64,000 bases of DNA from Macrostomum lignano (taxonomy: Eukaryota): contig NIVC01000866.1 in NCBI GenBank assembly GCA_002269645.1, positions 8,050-72,049 of the forward strand. Direction: 5' to 3'. The translations under genes were made by a program, and so were the position numbers. Below, one piece after another: positions 52,371 to 64,000 of the stretch. Positions within the stretch are counted from its first letter, which is position 1, and each line of letters begins with the position of its first letter. The notes beneath the pieces were generated by a model. It did no database searches. It saw nothing but the letters and a program-made list of their open reading frames with translations, and was not told the DNA's origin.

Positions 52371-53397
52371 TCAGTTGCTAGTCAACGAAAGCAAGCAAAA
52401 CGCTATCGGATATAGGAATTCAGGACATTTCTTTCCAGCTAATGGCCGCAGATTTTCCTATTGAGCGAGAAACACTTCCTGCCGCAAATCTGATATTGGT
52501 CGGCTTGAAGATTGACTCTGGTGGTGCCTACCGTGTAACACTCTAGGAGAGTGGGTCTTTACTGAGCTACCAATTGGAGTCAATAAAGTCTGAATTCGGC
52601 CGTAAATTACAAACCTACGCTTGGCAAGCAGGTAAAACAAAAGCTGCTTCAACCTCACTATGGCTCAAAATTTAGACCTATGGTCACTTAACTACGAGCT
52701 ATCGTAGTTAATGTCACGTAGTACATTACAAAATGTAATGTACAATGTACAAAATGTACGCCCCTTTCACGTAGTATTTTGTAATGTATTCTGTTGTGCC
52801 TATGATGGATGAACTGCGCTCCACCCAAGTATAGAAGTTGAAGTTTTCACACGACTTTCTTAATGCTTGGCTAAAGCGCTGCCTGAATTTGAGAGCCGCA
52901 TTGTGTGCACTCTAAAGGGAGCTGAATCCTAGATGGAATCGTGCCAGTTTAGCCATTCGATCTCAAATTTCTGATCCTGTAAGAATGAAAGCCGGGGATA
53001 AGGTTTGAACTAAGAATTCAAATGTTTGCAAGACACGCTTCCCAATCCCCACTGGATCCTGGCGAAAGACGCGTCTCGACATTTTGGCTTTGCAGTTTTA
53101 TCCAGGGCAAGGCGCCAGTCCCTCTGCAGCTTAACCGAAGGGATTAGCAGATTAGCTCGGTGCATTGAGAGTTTAGCGTCCTTCGAAGTCTCTCGATGGC
53201 GAACTTAGACATGGAGATAAGAGGCGAAACATTTTCACTTGCAAATATTCGTTCGCTAGGGTAGTGGAAACTGCTACATGTTTTTTAGCTGGAGCGTTTA
53301 CTGCAGGCCTGAGAAGTGACTGACCTGGGTTCTGAGCAAGTTGGGATGATGCATGGGAAGGGCTGAGTTCGGAGCAGTAATGCGGCGGAAGAGAGAA

Positions 53398-53733
53398 TAT
53401 TGAAGACATGTGGATAGACAAGTGAGAATATTGAAGACATGTGGATAGACAAGTGAGAATATTGAAGACATGTGGATAGACAAGTGAGAACATTGAAGAC
53501 ATGTGGACAGACAAGTGAGAACATTGAAGACATGTGGATAGACAAGTGAGAATATTGAAGACATGTGGATAGACAAGTGAGAATATTGAAGACATGTGGA
53601 TAGACAAGTGAGAATATTGAAGACATGTGGATAGACAAGTGAGAACATTGAAGACATGTGGATAGACAAGTGAGAATATTGAAGACATGTGGATAGACAA
53701 GTGAGAATATTGAAGACATGTGGATAGACAAGT
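53398..53733. repeat. 31-bp minisatellite, about 11 units
   Basis: GAAGACATGTGGATAGACAAGTGAGAA(T/C)ATT. Confidence 0.95.
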
Positions 53734-54351
53734 GTAACCCTGTGAGAAAAAGCAGATAAATAGCAGCCAACAGAAAACGCAAAAAAGTAAAATAGTGCCT
53801 TTTCAACTTGGAACTTTCGGTGCAGCAGAGCATTGAACGCCGAAACCGACTGCATCCTAGACATTCGATGCCGCTGTTCAATTTCGACATTATCTTGATT
53901 GGCAGATGCCAACGGACTAAATAAGGGCGAGCGGAGGCTTAGTGAAAATAGCCTTTAGCTAAGCTGCATGGTTTTTAACTTAGTCTCTAGTGTCCCCCGG
54001 CTGCACTTGATTAGAACTAAGTGGTAAACACACGACTGCCGACTTCAACTCGGACTAAATTGCACTAAAATGAAGGACACAGAGGCGGTTTATCCCGTAA
54101 TCGTAGCATAGTTTATATTCGGAACTTTTACAGTAGCGTGCAGCCAGGACAACCAGTCAGTTCATGTAGCGAATTAATCTATTGCTGAGCGAAGACGTAT
54201 GGTTTGATTTCTCCCTTACTTAGATGAACTTTGAAACACGCAAATTTTACAGCAATAAAATTCAGTATCAAATAGGCAGCTGGGCACACGATGTACGGAA
54301 AAACTAGCATTAAACAGTAACTCTGGAATCTAAGTCTACGTTGCGCGCAGT

Positions 54352-55536
54352 TCAACCTCTGTGGCGCACTCTACACGTACTCTGTGTAGTCCTCAAGCCC
54401 TCCGACGGTTGTCCAATCCATCCGGGATCAGCGTGCTGAGCCGCCGCCGCCAAGGACATCGATCTGGCCAAGTGCAGCATAGAACTGCGTCTACGCTGGT
54501 GCAGCGGCTGCGGATGGTGCAGCTGCTGCTGGCGCATCATCAGTCGAGCTGCTGGATCGGGGAAAACCGCCAATGTTGACAATCGCCTTGCCAGCATGCT
54601 GTCTACTGCATTGGCAACTGACGCTCTCTGTTGCTGCTGTTGCTGCTGTTGCTGCTGCCCATCGGACGCAGGTTCAAGCGAGGGTGATATGGACTTCTTC
54701 CTCTCTCCGTTCGCCGTGCTTTCTTCCGTGTGAGGCGGCTGATTCTGCGGTACCAGGCTGAGACTTCGATCCACGATCTGTCGCTCCTCGCTGGCAGCGG
54801 CTGCCTCCCGTGGCGTGAGCTGTCTGGCAACTCCCAGGCTCTGGCTGAAGCAGTGATTGGTGCACAGACCGAAGGCTGAGAACGCAAGTAGAGTCCCAGC
54901 GATAAGAGCACCTTTGACGCGGTACTGGAGACCGACAAACAGCAGGGCAGCAGCCGACACAGCCGACAAGATCGTAGCCGTATAGTAGATGCTCACTAGG
55001 GCGCTCTTGCAGGTCGAAGCCTTTGGAAACTGGCGACGGATGCTGCTGCAATCATCATCATCATCATCAAGATTTACTTCCTCGGCAACCTCCTCAATGT
55101 TATCTTCATCCTGGTTAGTGTTATGCTTCTTGGCTTTGCCGTTTCCAGCTAGCATTTTCTGCTGCTGCTTCCTGAGCTTCTTTCGCTTCTTGGCCTCGGC
55201 GGCCGCGTTCGCTGCTTTCTCGTTGGCCCGTCGCAGCGCCTTTTCATGCTTCCGCTGCAGACGGCGCAGGTCGGCTGGCCCCAGCAGCGTCGGCCTCGTC
55301 TCGCCGAAAATGCCCATCGGTGGCGGCGGTGGAGGCGGTGGTTCTTCGTCGTCGGGCGATTCAGAGTCAAGACCCATCGATTTCCTACAGTCCGCAGTCG
55401 GCGTAATGGCCTCGCCTTCCGGGAGCTCGTTGATAACCGTCAGGCTGGCTGATTTGTTGTTGTTGCTGCCGCTGCCACCCGGAATCACGGATGGAGATTT
55501 GTTTAGGGAGGAGACGCTACCGCTGTTGCTGTTCAT
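54352..55536 (-). CDS. Predicted two-pass membrane protein with Pro/Lys/Asp/Gln low-complexity tracts (394 aa in this exon; further 3' exons possible)
   Basis: Long GC-rich ORF; hydrophobic pair YYTATILSAVSAAALLFVGL and ALIAGTLLAFSAFGLC; possible donor at CAGA|GTACGT and coding-like segment at ~53790-53916. Confidence 0.7.
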   Translation of the reverse strand: MNSNSGSVSSLNKSPSVIPGGSGSNNNKSASLTVINELPEGEAITPTADCRKSMGLDSESPDDEEPPPPPPPPMGIFGETRPTLLGPADLRRLQRKHEKALRRANEKAANAAAEAKKRKKLRKQQQKMLAGNGKAKKHNTNQDEDNIEEVAEEVNLDDDDDDCSSIRRQFPKASTCKSALVSIYYTATILSAVSAAALLFVGLQYRVKGALIAGTLLAFSAFGLCTNHCFSQSLGVARQLTPREAAAASEERQIVDRSLSLVPQNQPPHTEESTANGERKKSISPSLEPASDGQQQQQQQQQQRASVANAVDSMLARRLSTLAVFPDPAARLMMRQQQLHHPQPLHQRRRSSMLHLARSMSLAAAAQHADPGWIGQPSEGLRTTQSTCRVRHRG

Positions 55537-56699
55537 TCGGCTTTATTCGCTGATTATCTCGGGCAATTTGGAGCAGGCGGATGGGAGAAGCAAGAAAGGC
55601 AGATGGCCAAGCACAGTTCGGTTGAGACGCTCTAAATACTGTGCGATAAAGTATCGACTAGGAGGAAGTGGCTGCAGTCGACTGGGCGAGCCTTAGGGGA
55701 AGCGTTCGCGCGGCCGGCAGTTGGCTGCTGCTCTCTAGAGTGAATCGATAACCCTTGGACGAACGGCTGAAGTCTACGGAGCGATGATAAGGGAACTTCT
55801 GATCGTTCTCAGCAGCCACGATGTCATCGCAACGAACAAGTAGATAAAAATGACCGATCGTGCAAGAAATTAAAACAGGCGCTGAGTTAAACAATCAAAC
55901 GCGAAGGAATGTTCAGTGAAGCACGGGAAGATGTTGTCTTGATTAAAGTGCTAATCAATCACACTATCCCTGCTCGGTTATAGTCGAACTTGGGAGTAAC
56001 TTACTTTCCTAGGCTCTCTCTCTATCACTAGCTTTTACTTTCTCCGCTCGCTCCCCATGCTCCGGCAGATTTCTTGCGGGCGAACGAGGCGAAGGATTTA
56101 TTTTGACACGCGGCTGCTGCGCCCAGTCCGTTCCCGCTTACTGCTTTACAGCCGACCAGCGCAAACACTAATACTTACAGCTGATAGCGGAGGTGGAGGA
56201 GTCGGCAGGAGGCAGAGATGGGCGTAGATGGATGTAGAGTGAGAGAGACGGGAAGTTTCCCGAATGTCTGCCGAACTTACTCTCGGCTTCTACAAAAAAC
56301 GTAGGAAAAAGGAAAATATGAGGGAAAACGCAAGGAAACTAGGCGAGGGAAGAAAGGAGAAATAGGAAGTGGTGTAGGGTTCGAATCGGGCTTGGAACGG
56401 GAATTGGAAAAGTGGAAGAGCGCGGCAGGCAGCACCAAACACTTTGCGCAATTGGCCCTGGACCAGCAGCATCTCCCGCTCGTCTAGCACTCTCCATCCT
56501 CTATCTGCATCTCTGCATCTCTGCAGCACTGTCAGAACGGAAGCATCTATGCGAATAAATCACACACTCCACCTGAAACGGATTGCAATCGAATTTCATG
56601 GCTTACCATCGTCTGTCTAGTTCTCTTCCTCTTCCCCCATATATGATTACTCTGCTGAATTGCTGCAATCCAATAGTTAGCTGCCTAAACATCCGAATA

Positions 56700-56800
56700 G
56701 ACCTGCAAACTTGACGGACAATTGGTGGACTCTTATCGACAGTGCCAAATACTTGAGCATTCCTCGATTGGACCGCCTTCCAGATTCCTGGACTTCAGAC
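56700..56800 (+). mobile_element. Small decayed LINE reverse-transcriptase remnant
   Basis: KLDGQLV...AKYLSI resembles the RT C-terminal KYLG motif with frameshifts. Confidence 0.3.
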
Positions 56801-57724
56801 TGGGGTAGGCACGGTAAGAAGGGTCCCAGCAGTGCCCCTAGGGACTCGTGACGAGCTCAGCCTCCAGAGAGAGACTTCCCATCTTCCTGGAAATGCCGCA
56901 GCTCTCTACTCTTTAATTGACTCGTTCGCCAAGGCTGAGCGCTGAATCAGTGGTCAATTGAATTGAAGATGCTTTAATTGGTTTAGTTTGCCGAGAGAGA
57001 GGGGACAGGGTGAGCGTGGGGACAGGCAGGGCGCGCAGGGAACCAGAAGACGCTGATTCGAGCAATCAAGTCCTTTAAGGTATCGAGCCTGACTCGTTCG
57101 GAATGGGATGAGTTTGCTTTCGGATTCTCATTAAAGAGCCTTGCATCGATCTAATATATTTCTCATATATGCCAGAATTCTTAGGTTAGTCCTTCAGTGT
57201 GTGTACAGAGACTATATTTTAGTCCAGGTACGAGAGTGGCCTTGGTTGAAACTACGATATCAATCGCAATTAGCACTCGTCTGAGTCTTATTTACACTGC
57301 TTTCAGACCACTCCCTTCTGTGCTTGACATGAATCTTGAATCTCTTGGGGCCAGTTTTTCCATTGATAAGATCAAGCAACCACACGGTTTACACACCTTA
57401 CATGTACACCCGCTGGTCTTCATTTTAGTTGGACCGAGGGGTACTTTATTTGTTTAGAGTATACTAACGGCAAAACTGTACATTTGATACGAATTTGATA
57501 GGAGCCTGACCTGCGACTCATGGTTAAGCTTTCTCAAATTTCAGTGCTTCAGATTTATGGAGAGCTTACCAAGCAGCAGCAAATGATAACGCCTTTCAAA
57601 ACACTTTCACATGAATTAAAGTTTACTCATTGACCACTTTGATTAATAGAGGTTATACCACAGCCTCAGCTCTTTTTCTAAGAAGTAAGAATTAAATCGT
57701 CAAGTTTGAGCCTATACGGTAAGG

Positions 57725-59636
57725 ATGGAGCGCATACTTCGAGTTTTGTGCGTCGTTCTCATAGCCTACATAGTGGGCACCAAGTGGCAGGAGCGTCGTT
57801 CAGTCGAGCGCATTGTGGAGTACGGCCGAGCTAACAGCAACAACGCCAGGAAGCTCAAGACTCATGCTAATGAGTTCAACAAGCCGGAGGTACTCAAGGT
57901 TACGGAGGGAATCTACGTAGCCATTGGCTACGCCCTGGCCAACTCCATCCTCATCGAAGCGCCCGAAGGTGCCATCATCATCGACACCGTGGAGTCCATG
58001 GACGCGGCGGAGAAGATTTACGAGGCCTTTCGCCAGGTGACGAAGTCTCCCATAAAAGCGATCGTGTACACGCACAACCATCAGGACCACGTGAACGGAG
58101 CTGAAGCATTTCTCAAAGACGTTGACGGGAATTCCTCTGTACACATCTGGTCCCACCGCAGTTTGATAGACATCTTCAGACTGACAAACTACGTCACAGG
58201 ACCGATCATCTACAAGCGAGCCATGCGACAGTTCGGTGCACTGATTGAGCGAGAGAACACGCCAAACTCTGGCATCGGTTTCAGCCTCAACCTCGGTCAG
58301 AAGCAGTTTCGCTCGGGTTTCGTTCCTCCGAACCGATTCCTAGATGGTGCCGAGGCGGATGTAACCATCGCCGGATTGAAGCTGAAGCTGGTGCACATCC
58401 CCGGTGAAACTGATGACCAGATCGCTGTCTATTGGCCCGAGAAGGAGGCCCTGTTCTGTGCTGACGATGTGTACAAAGCCTTTCCAAATCTGTACGCCAT
58501 CAGAGGCACGCCGTTTCGCAGCCTGGAACTGTGGACGCAGTCGTTGGATCGAATGTACGCGCTCAATGCCCAGTACTTGGTTCCCAGTCATACCAGACCC
58601 ATTGTGGGAAAGAAGGAGATCGCGGAACTGTTGCTAACCTATCGCGACGCTGTACAAACGGTGCATGACCAAACAGTGCGCTGGATGAACCGTGGTCTCC
58701 ATCCAGATGACATCGCTCACAAGGTAAGCTTAACAAAACGTCTTTCAGAGCACGACTACCTGCAGGAGTTCTACGGAACCGTTGCCTGGTCAGTGAAGGG
58801 TCTGTTCGCAGGCTACCTGGGGTGGTTCAGTGGTTACGTGGAAGAGCTGAGTCCCTTAAGCACGGAACAGCAAGCGGTTCGTTTGGTTGAGCTTGCAGGC
58901 GGAGAGGACAAAATTCTGGAAGCGGCCTCGAGCGCTTTGGCTAAGAGCGATTTTCAATGGGCGCTTCAACTAGCATCAGCGGCCCAACGCGCGAATCCTT
59001 CATCAACCAGTGCTCGCGAACTGAAAGTGAAGGCGATTTTCGAGCTTGCGGCTGGTCAGATTAGCGCCAATGGGTATAACTACTACGTCACTTGCGCGTA
59101 CGAAGAGCTTGGAAAGATTGACACCAAGATCAGGCAGGACGTGCGCTCGAGGACGATCTTCACTGTGAGCCTGGAGACGCTGTTCCAGATGTTCCGCTAT
59201 CGATTTAACTTTGAAGAGTGCAGCCAGATGGACAGACTGGTTGAGTTTAACTTCAGCGACGTTAAAAAAGTTATAAGGTACGTTTAATTCTTATGCATGA
59301 TTAGATAGTTGTTTTTTAGTGCATCCGTAATTGCAAAACGATGAGATCTTGAAATACAGTTCAAGATTGTGGCATGAGGATGCAAAAAATATTGATATTT
59401 TTCAAAAGCTGGACCGCAAATGCAACAGGTTCCACATCCGCGAGGGAATCCTGGATCTGGTCAACACGCGGCTGAAGGCCAAGCCGGACGTGAAGGTCAC
59501 CCTGACCGACGAGCTGTTCCGCAAACTGCTGACTGGAGACACTGCTGCTCTGCTGTCCTCGGCCACTGGAGGCATCAGCGCGGAGCCCGGCCTGATGCAG
59601 TTCAGGGAGGTCATGAACTGCTTTGATAGGGACTGA
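57725..59636 (+). CDS. Alkyl/aryl sulfatase, SdsA1/BDS1/YjcS type (MBL fold, dimerisation domain, SCP2-like domain), 586 aa, 2 exons
   Basis: join(57725..59277,59429..59636), AG|GTACGT...CAACAG|G. Motifs IIIDT, YTHNHQDH (HxHxDH), PGETDDQ, CADDVYKAFPNLYAIRGT, LVPSH, QEFYGTVAWSVKGLFAGYLGWF; N-terminal hydrophobic anchor. Confidence 0.93.
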
Positions 59637-60269
59637 CAGTGAACGGGTAATTATGAAAATGACCGAGGAAAAATTCTATAACCGCCAAAAAAACAGTCTT
59701 CAATTAAATAGCTCGTAGTTAATTTCTCTGTCTATCTGCAAAACGCCTGAAAATATTTTATTAAGACTTTTTTTCAAAGTTTCCAGTGTTTTTCCAAAAT
59801 TGTTTGATTGATAAGTGACAGCAAGGATCAAGTGCTAATACCATGTCGTAGTAAAACTTGACATGTTCAGTTAATTAATTTCACATCGTATACAAATTAA
59901 GGCTGATTTTCCTAGCTCAATTGTCGATGAACCATGAACCATAACTATAGTGTAATTAGATAGTGTTATAAGTGACGTACTTTGATTGGTATATAAGCTG
60001 CTATTGTTGGTTTAAATGCGTTAACGCAATTTACTATCATATACTGAAGTACATGTAACTCGTATTTCTAGTAAATGTATTCCTTTAACAATAAAACACA
60101 CTATTGCATTGTAATTAGTCAAAATATAGTTCATCATTGTGGCATGTCTACATGTAGCTCAGGTTCCCTTACATGCATCAGGGGTTCGCCGCGCGGAGCC
60201 GCCTCTCTAATTCGGCCCTCGATCGGGCCCCTTGAAACTTACAATAGCAGTCCGGCCTGCTGAAGATTC

Positions 60270-60375
60270 GTCTCTTCTCACCTCTCTTCTCGTCTTTTCT
60301 CTCTCCTCTCCTATTTTGTATCTCCTCTCTTCTCCTTTATTCCTTCGCCTCTCTATTCTCCTATATCTCTCTTCT
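60270..60375. repeat. CT-rich low-complexity tract
   Basis: Direct read. Confidence 0.7.
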
Positions 60376-62515
60376 AGGCCGGCCGGTTATACCCCGGGGG
60401 GGGGGGGGGGGCGGTCGAACCCCCTTTTCGGCGGAGATTTAAAAATGAAAGGGGGGCCCAGTGCGCATGATATTGTCAAAATTCAGAGCCATCCGCTCCG
60501 CCCCCCCCCCTTAGGTCATTATACCCTCCAGAATCCAGTCCCTTTCTCAACAAAATTATAGTTGCGCCAATGCTCTCTTCGTCTCTAGCTCTTATACATG
60601 TATCTCCTCTCACCCAGCTCATTTGGCCCGCAGTCGTGCGCTATTCTTTATCTGGCCCTTGAAGTAAAAAGTTTGCCATCCCCAGCTTTGCAAATGTGCA
60701 TATAACCAAAAAGAGGTGAAATTATCTACGAAATCTCCCATCAATCCCATTTTATAGATTTGACTAATTCTGCAGTACACGTACAATGACATGATTTGAT
60801 TATTCACTCAGCGGTCGCCAGCAATTAATAGCTACTGATTGACTGACACTCTTTTCTGTGCCACCAAATGAATGAAAAAGATTTCCTTTAGATAAGTTAT
60901 AGAAGTACCGGTATCGTCATTTTGTACTTTAATGTTTTAATGTTTCAGGGCTTCATCAATCAAAATGTCATTATTTTTTCTACTGCTTCTTGTATTTTAC
61001 TTATTTATTAAAATTCTTAAAGGACCAGTATGTAATAATAAAGCTAGAGTGTGCACCGAAACGTTTTTGTTTAAATATGATACGATGAACTCTCTGTCAT
61101 AGATGCCTCAAGCTTTTTTAGCTTTTTTAACTTTAGACGATTCAATTTTGTTTTCCAAAAGTTCACCAAAACGGAAGGAACGTAAGTAAAAGTGGCCAGA
61201 CTGAGAGTCTGAGAATTAAATACAATATTCAGGATTTAAACTACAATACGCTTTCATGTAAGTATTTTAACTTTTTCTTCTTTATTAAATTGAAATTTCA
61301 CAATGTAACTTCGTTTTTGGGCCTAATTTAGAATGAGAATCCTGATCCAGAACTCAGTCTGTTAGACATATCAGATGTTTTCAAGATTAATATCAAAATT
61401 AGTTTTTAGCCAGAAAAAAGCATTGTGAGAATTGGAACCCTGTATCTGGGACAATTAGGTGATTCTTCCATGGCGAATGGCGATCGATTATGTTAACAGC
61501 AAATCCACTCTTTGAGTGACTTTTGAAAGCTGATTATAACCTATTGTAGCAAATCATCTTATTCCGAAGAAATTTCGATTGGGATCATTTAATTTTGTGT
61601 ACTGCTATTTAAATTTCTATTTTTACTCGAATACTTTGTGTGAACAACAGCAAAATTTTTGCTTGCAAGCTCATCATTTTAGCTGTATTTCTCCAAATTA
61701 AATGTTTTTTAATCAAGCATTTAAAAGTACCCACTTATTTCGTACTTCACAGCTAAAATATATATTATGTGTTTTAAGTTTTCTTTTTTATTGACTCTGT
61801 GTTAACTTTATTCACAGATTAAATACAACCATTTTCTTGTAAATGGGAACATTAACTGAAATATTTCATCAAGATGTTGAGGAAGAGGTAATCGAAAATT
61901 ACTAATAATACTACTAACAAAACTTTTTAAATAGAAAATACTATCAAATACACTTCTACACGTCATGTTAGTTTCTTCTTCAGAAGATAGAATATACTTG
62001 AGTTAGAAGTAAAATTATGTACTAATAGGTAATACACATTAAATTGATAAATTTATTATTACTAATGCTGAAAATAATGCCTGAGACTTATTTTATTCAT
62101 TTCAAAGTAAATATTTGTTATTCTTTAATTCAGATTCAAATATAAAACAGAATGCATGCCTGCTGACAAAAGCCATAGTAGAAGTTATTTATGCAAGTAT
62201 ATGAAACCCTTACTAACTATTTCCCAGTTAGCAATGCTTTCTCCTATTTGCTTCAAATTCTATTAGTGTTAGAAGCTTTAAATGCATAGAATTGAGGTTT
62301 ACAAACTATGTCCAGAAGTCCGAGTTGTTTGCCATTATTTGGATCTTATTTCATTGCTGAATGATATAATATATATCATTAGGAAGAAGCTAGAAGATAT
62401 TAGTAATTCAAGCATACTAATGTTACACTTCTATTGTAGTAAACCCTTGTCCTGTAACTTCAACATGCGTAAAATATGTAAATTTGTAAAAACTGCAAAT
62501 CAAACTATTTTACAG

Positions 62516-62671
62516 GTCACCTGCGCCACTTTCTCCGACGATCTCGAGATTCTCTTGCTCGGATTTGACGATGGTGTTGTGTCCATTTATAATGTTGTCA
62601 AAAGCCGCCACTCTGCCGACTTAGAGCCCGCGCATTCGGGTGAGAATTTTGGAATAGATTGACAAGCAGGC

Positions 62672-62730
<59 letters not shown>

Positions 62731-63683
62731 AAGATAGACAGACTGAGTGAGACTGACACAAGGACACATAGACAGGCAGACAGACCGAAGGACACAGAGG
62801 CAGACAGACACAAGGACACATGAACAGGCAGACACAAGGACACAGAGGCAGACAGACCGAAAGAAACACAGGCAGACAGACACAAGGACACACAGGCAGA
62901 CAGACACAAGGACACAGAGGCCGACAGACACAAGGACACAGAGGCAGACAGACACAAGGACACACAGGCAGACAAACACAAGGACACACAGGCAGACAGA
63001 CACAAGGACACAGAGGCAGACAAACACAAGGACACACAGGCAGACAGACACAAGGACCCACAGGCAGACAGACACAAGGACACACAGGCAGGCAGACAGA
63101 CACAAGGACACACAGGCAGACAGACACAAAGACACAGAGGCAGACAGACACAAGGACACAGAGGCAGACAGACACAAAGACACAGAGGCAGACAGACACA
63201 AGGACACAGAGGCGGACAGACACAAGGACACAGAGGCGGACAGACACAAGGACACAGAGGCAGACTGACACAAGGACACAGAGGCAGACAGACACAAGGA
63301 CACAGAGGCAGACAGACACTGTGTCAGGACACACAGGCGGACAGACACCCGAGCCTCCCCATCCCTAAACCGCAGCCAGCATCACTGCCTTGGCATATCG
63401 CCCGACTCCAAATGGATCTCAGTGGGCCGAGCCAACCGGCTCCCTCGCCAACTTTCTAACCCGAACAGCCTACTTGGAGCAAGTAGTCACTGGTGAGTAT
63501 TGATGCACAAAATTCGTTTGCTTTACTCGTAGTTGATGAAGTTCAGTAGTATAAATTACAATTTATGGACCAATTATTATTTCAGGCCACAGGAACTTGG
63601 TCCATGCCGTGCAGATTTCAGCCAACTCCAAGCTGTCTGTATCCGCCTCAGCCTGCGGTGTCTGCCTCGTCTACAGTCTTGAT
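62516..63683 (+). CDS. WD40-repeat protein, partial (three internal exons)
   Basis: Exons 62516-62639, 63376-63492, 63586-63683 join in phase: VTCATFSDDLEILLLGFDDGVVSIYNV..AHSASITALAYRP..TGHRNLVHAVQISANSKLSVSASACGVCLVYSLD. Upstream exons probably lie in 60900-62200 but were not resolved. Confidence 0.85.
62665..63320. repeat. (GACA)n followed by 24-bp minisatellite in WD40 intron
   Basis: ACAGACACAAGGACACA(G/C)AGGCAG units. Confidence 0.95.
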
Positions 63684-64000
63684 GTGGGTTGGACATTGCG
63701 AATTTTATATTTATGACTATAGCATAAGAGCTATGCTAGCTAGCATCCTTTCAAGTGCTTTGAAGTGCCACTGAAACCTTTTTTTACGTGTGGTTTCTTA
63801 CCCAGTGCAGTTTTTAGTCCAGGCAATTCTAATTAGGAGAGCATTTGTTGCTTTTCTTCAGGAGGAGAAACTCCTGTTTGAGTTTGAATCTGCGGCGGCC
63901 CTGCTTGTCCTGCTCGATTCGTTTGACAATCGCGTCATTGTAAGACAAACTTCGTTGCTTCATTGCGTGAATTGATGAAAACTGCACGTGTATTGTAGAA

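Noticed and set aside
56378-56390. B-box-like GGTTCGAATC suggesting a tRNA or SINE
   Set aside because: No A-box or cloverleaf; lies in purine-rich low-complexity sequence.
60375-60530. G-run/C-run segment resembling a MITE
   Set aside because: No convincing TIR pair or TSD could be fixed.

Overview
Eukaryotic (animal) genomic DNA with GT-AG introns, GC-rich exons and minisatellite-filled introns; the style suggests a macrostomid flatworm such as Macrostomum (inference). Genes: a complete 10-exon NIPBL/Scc2 cohesin loader (minus, 19184->3663, ~2330 aa, one -1 frameshift); a 26-exon secreted perlecan-like Ig/LDLa/laminin-IV protein lacking LamG domains (plus, 32920-47933, one +1 frameshift); a low-complexity 2-TM protein (minus, 54352-55536); a two-exon SdsA1/BDS1-type alkylsulfatase (plus, 57725-59636); and three exons of a WD40 gene near the right edge. 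The 19-32 kb interval is a transposon pile with a triple-nested foldback/hAT/8-bp-TSD structure. Top observation: a ~112-nt cassette occurs twice, each time inside a different TIR-bounded MITE. It carries a 63-nt segment matching the 28S rRNA region targeted by R2/Pokey/I-PpoI (52/63 identity to the canonical sequence as recalled), with mismatches clustered on the cleavage site. A Tc1/IS630-like deletion derivative and a 5'-truncated RNase H-bearing LINE follow the perlecan-like gene.
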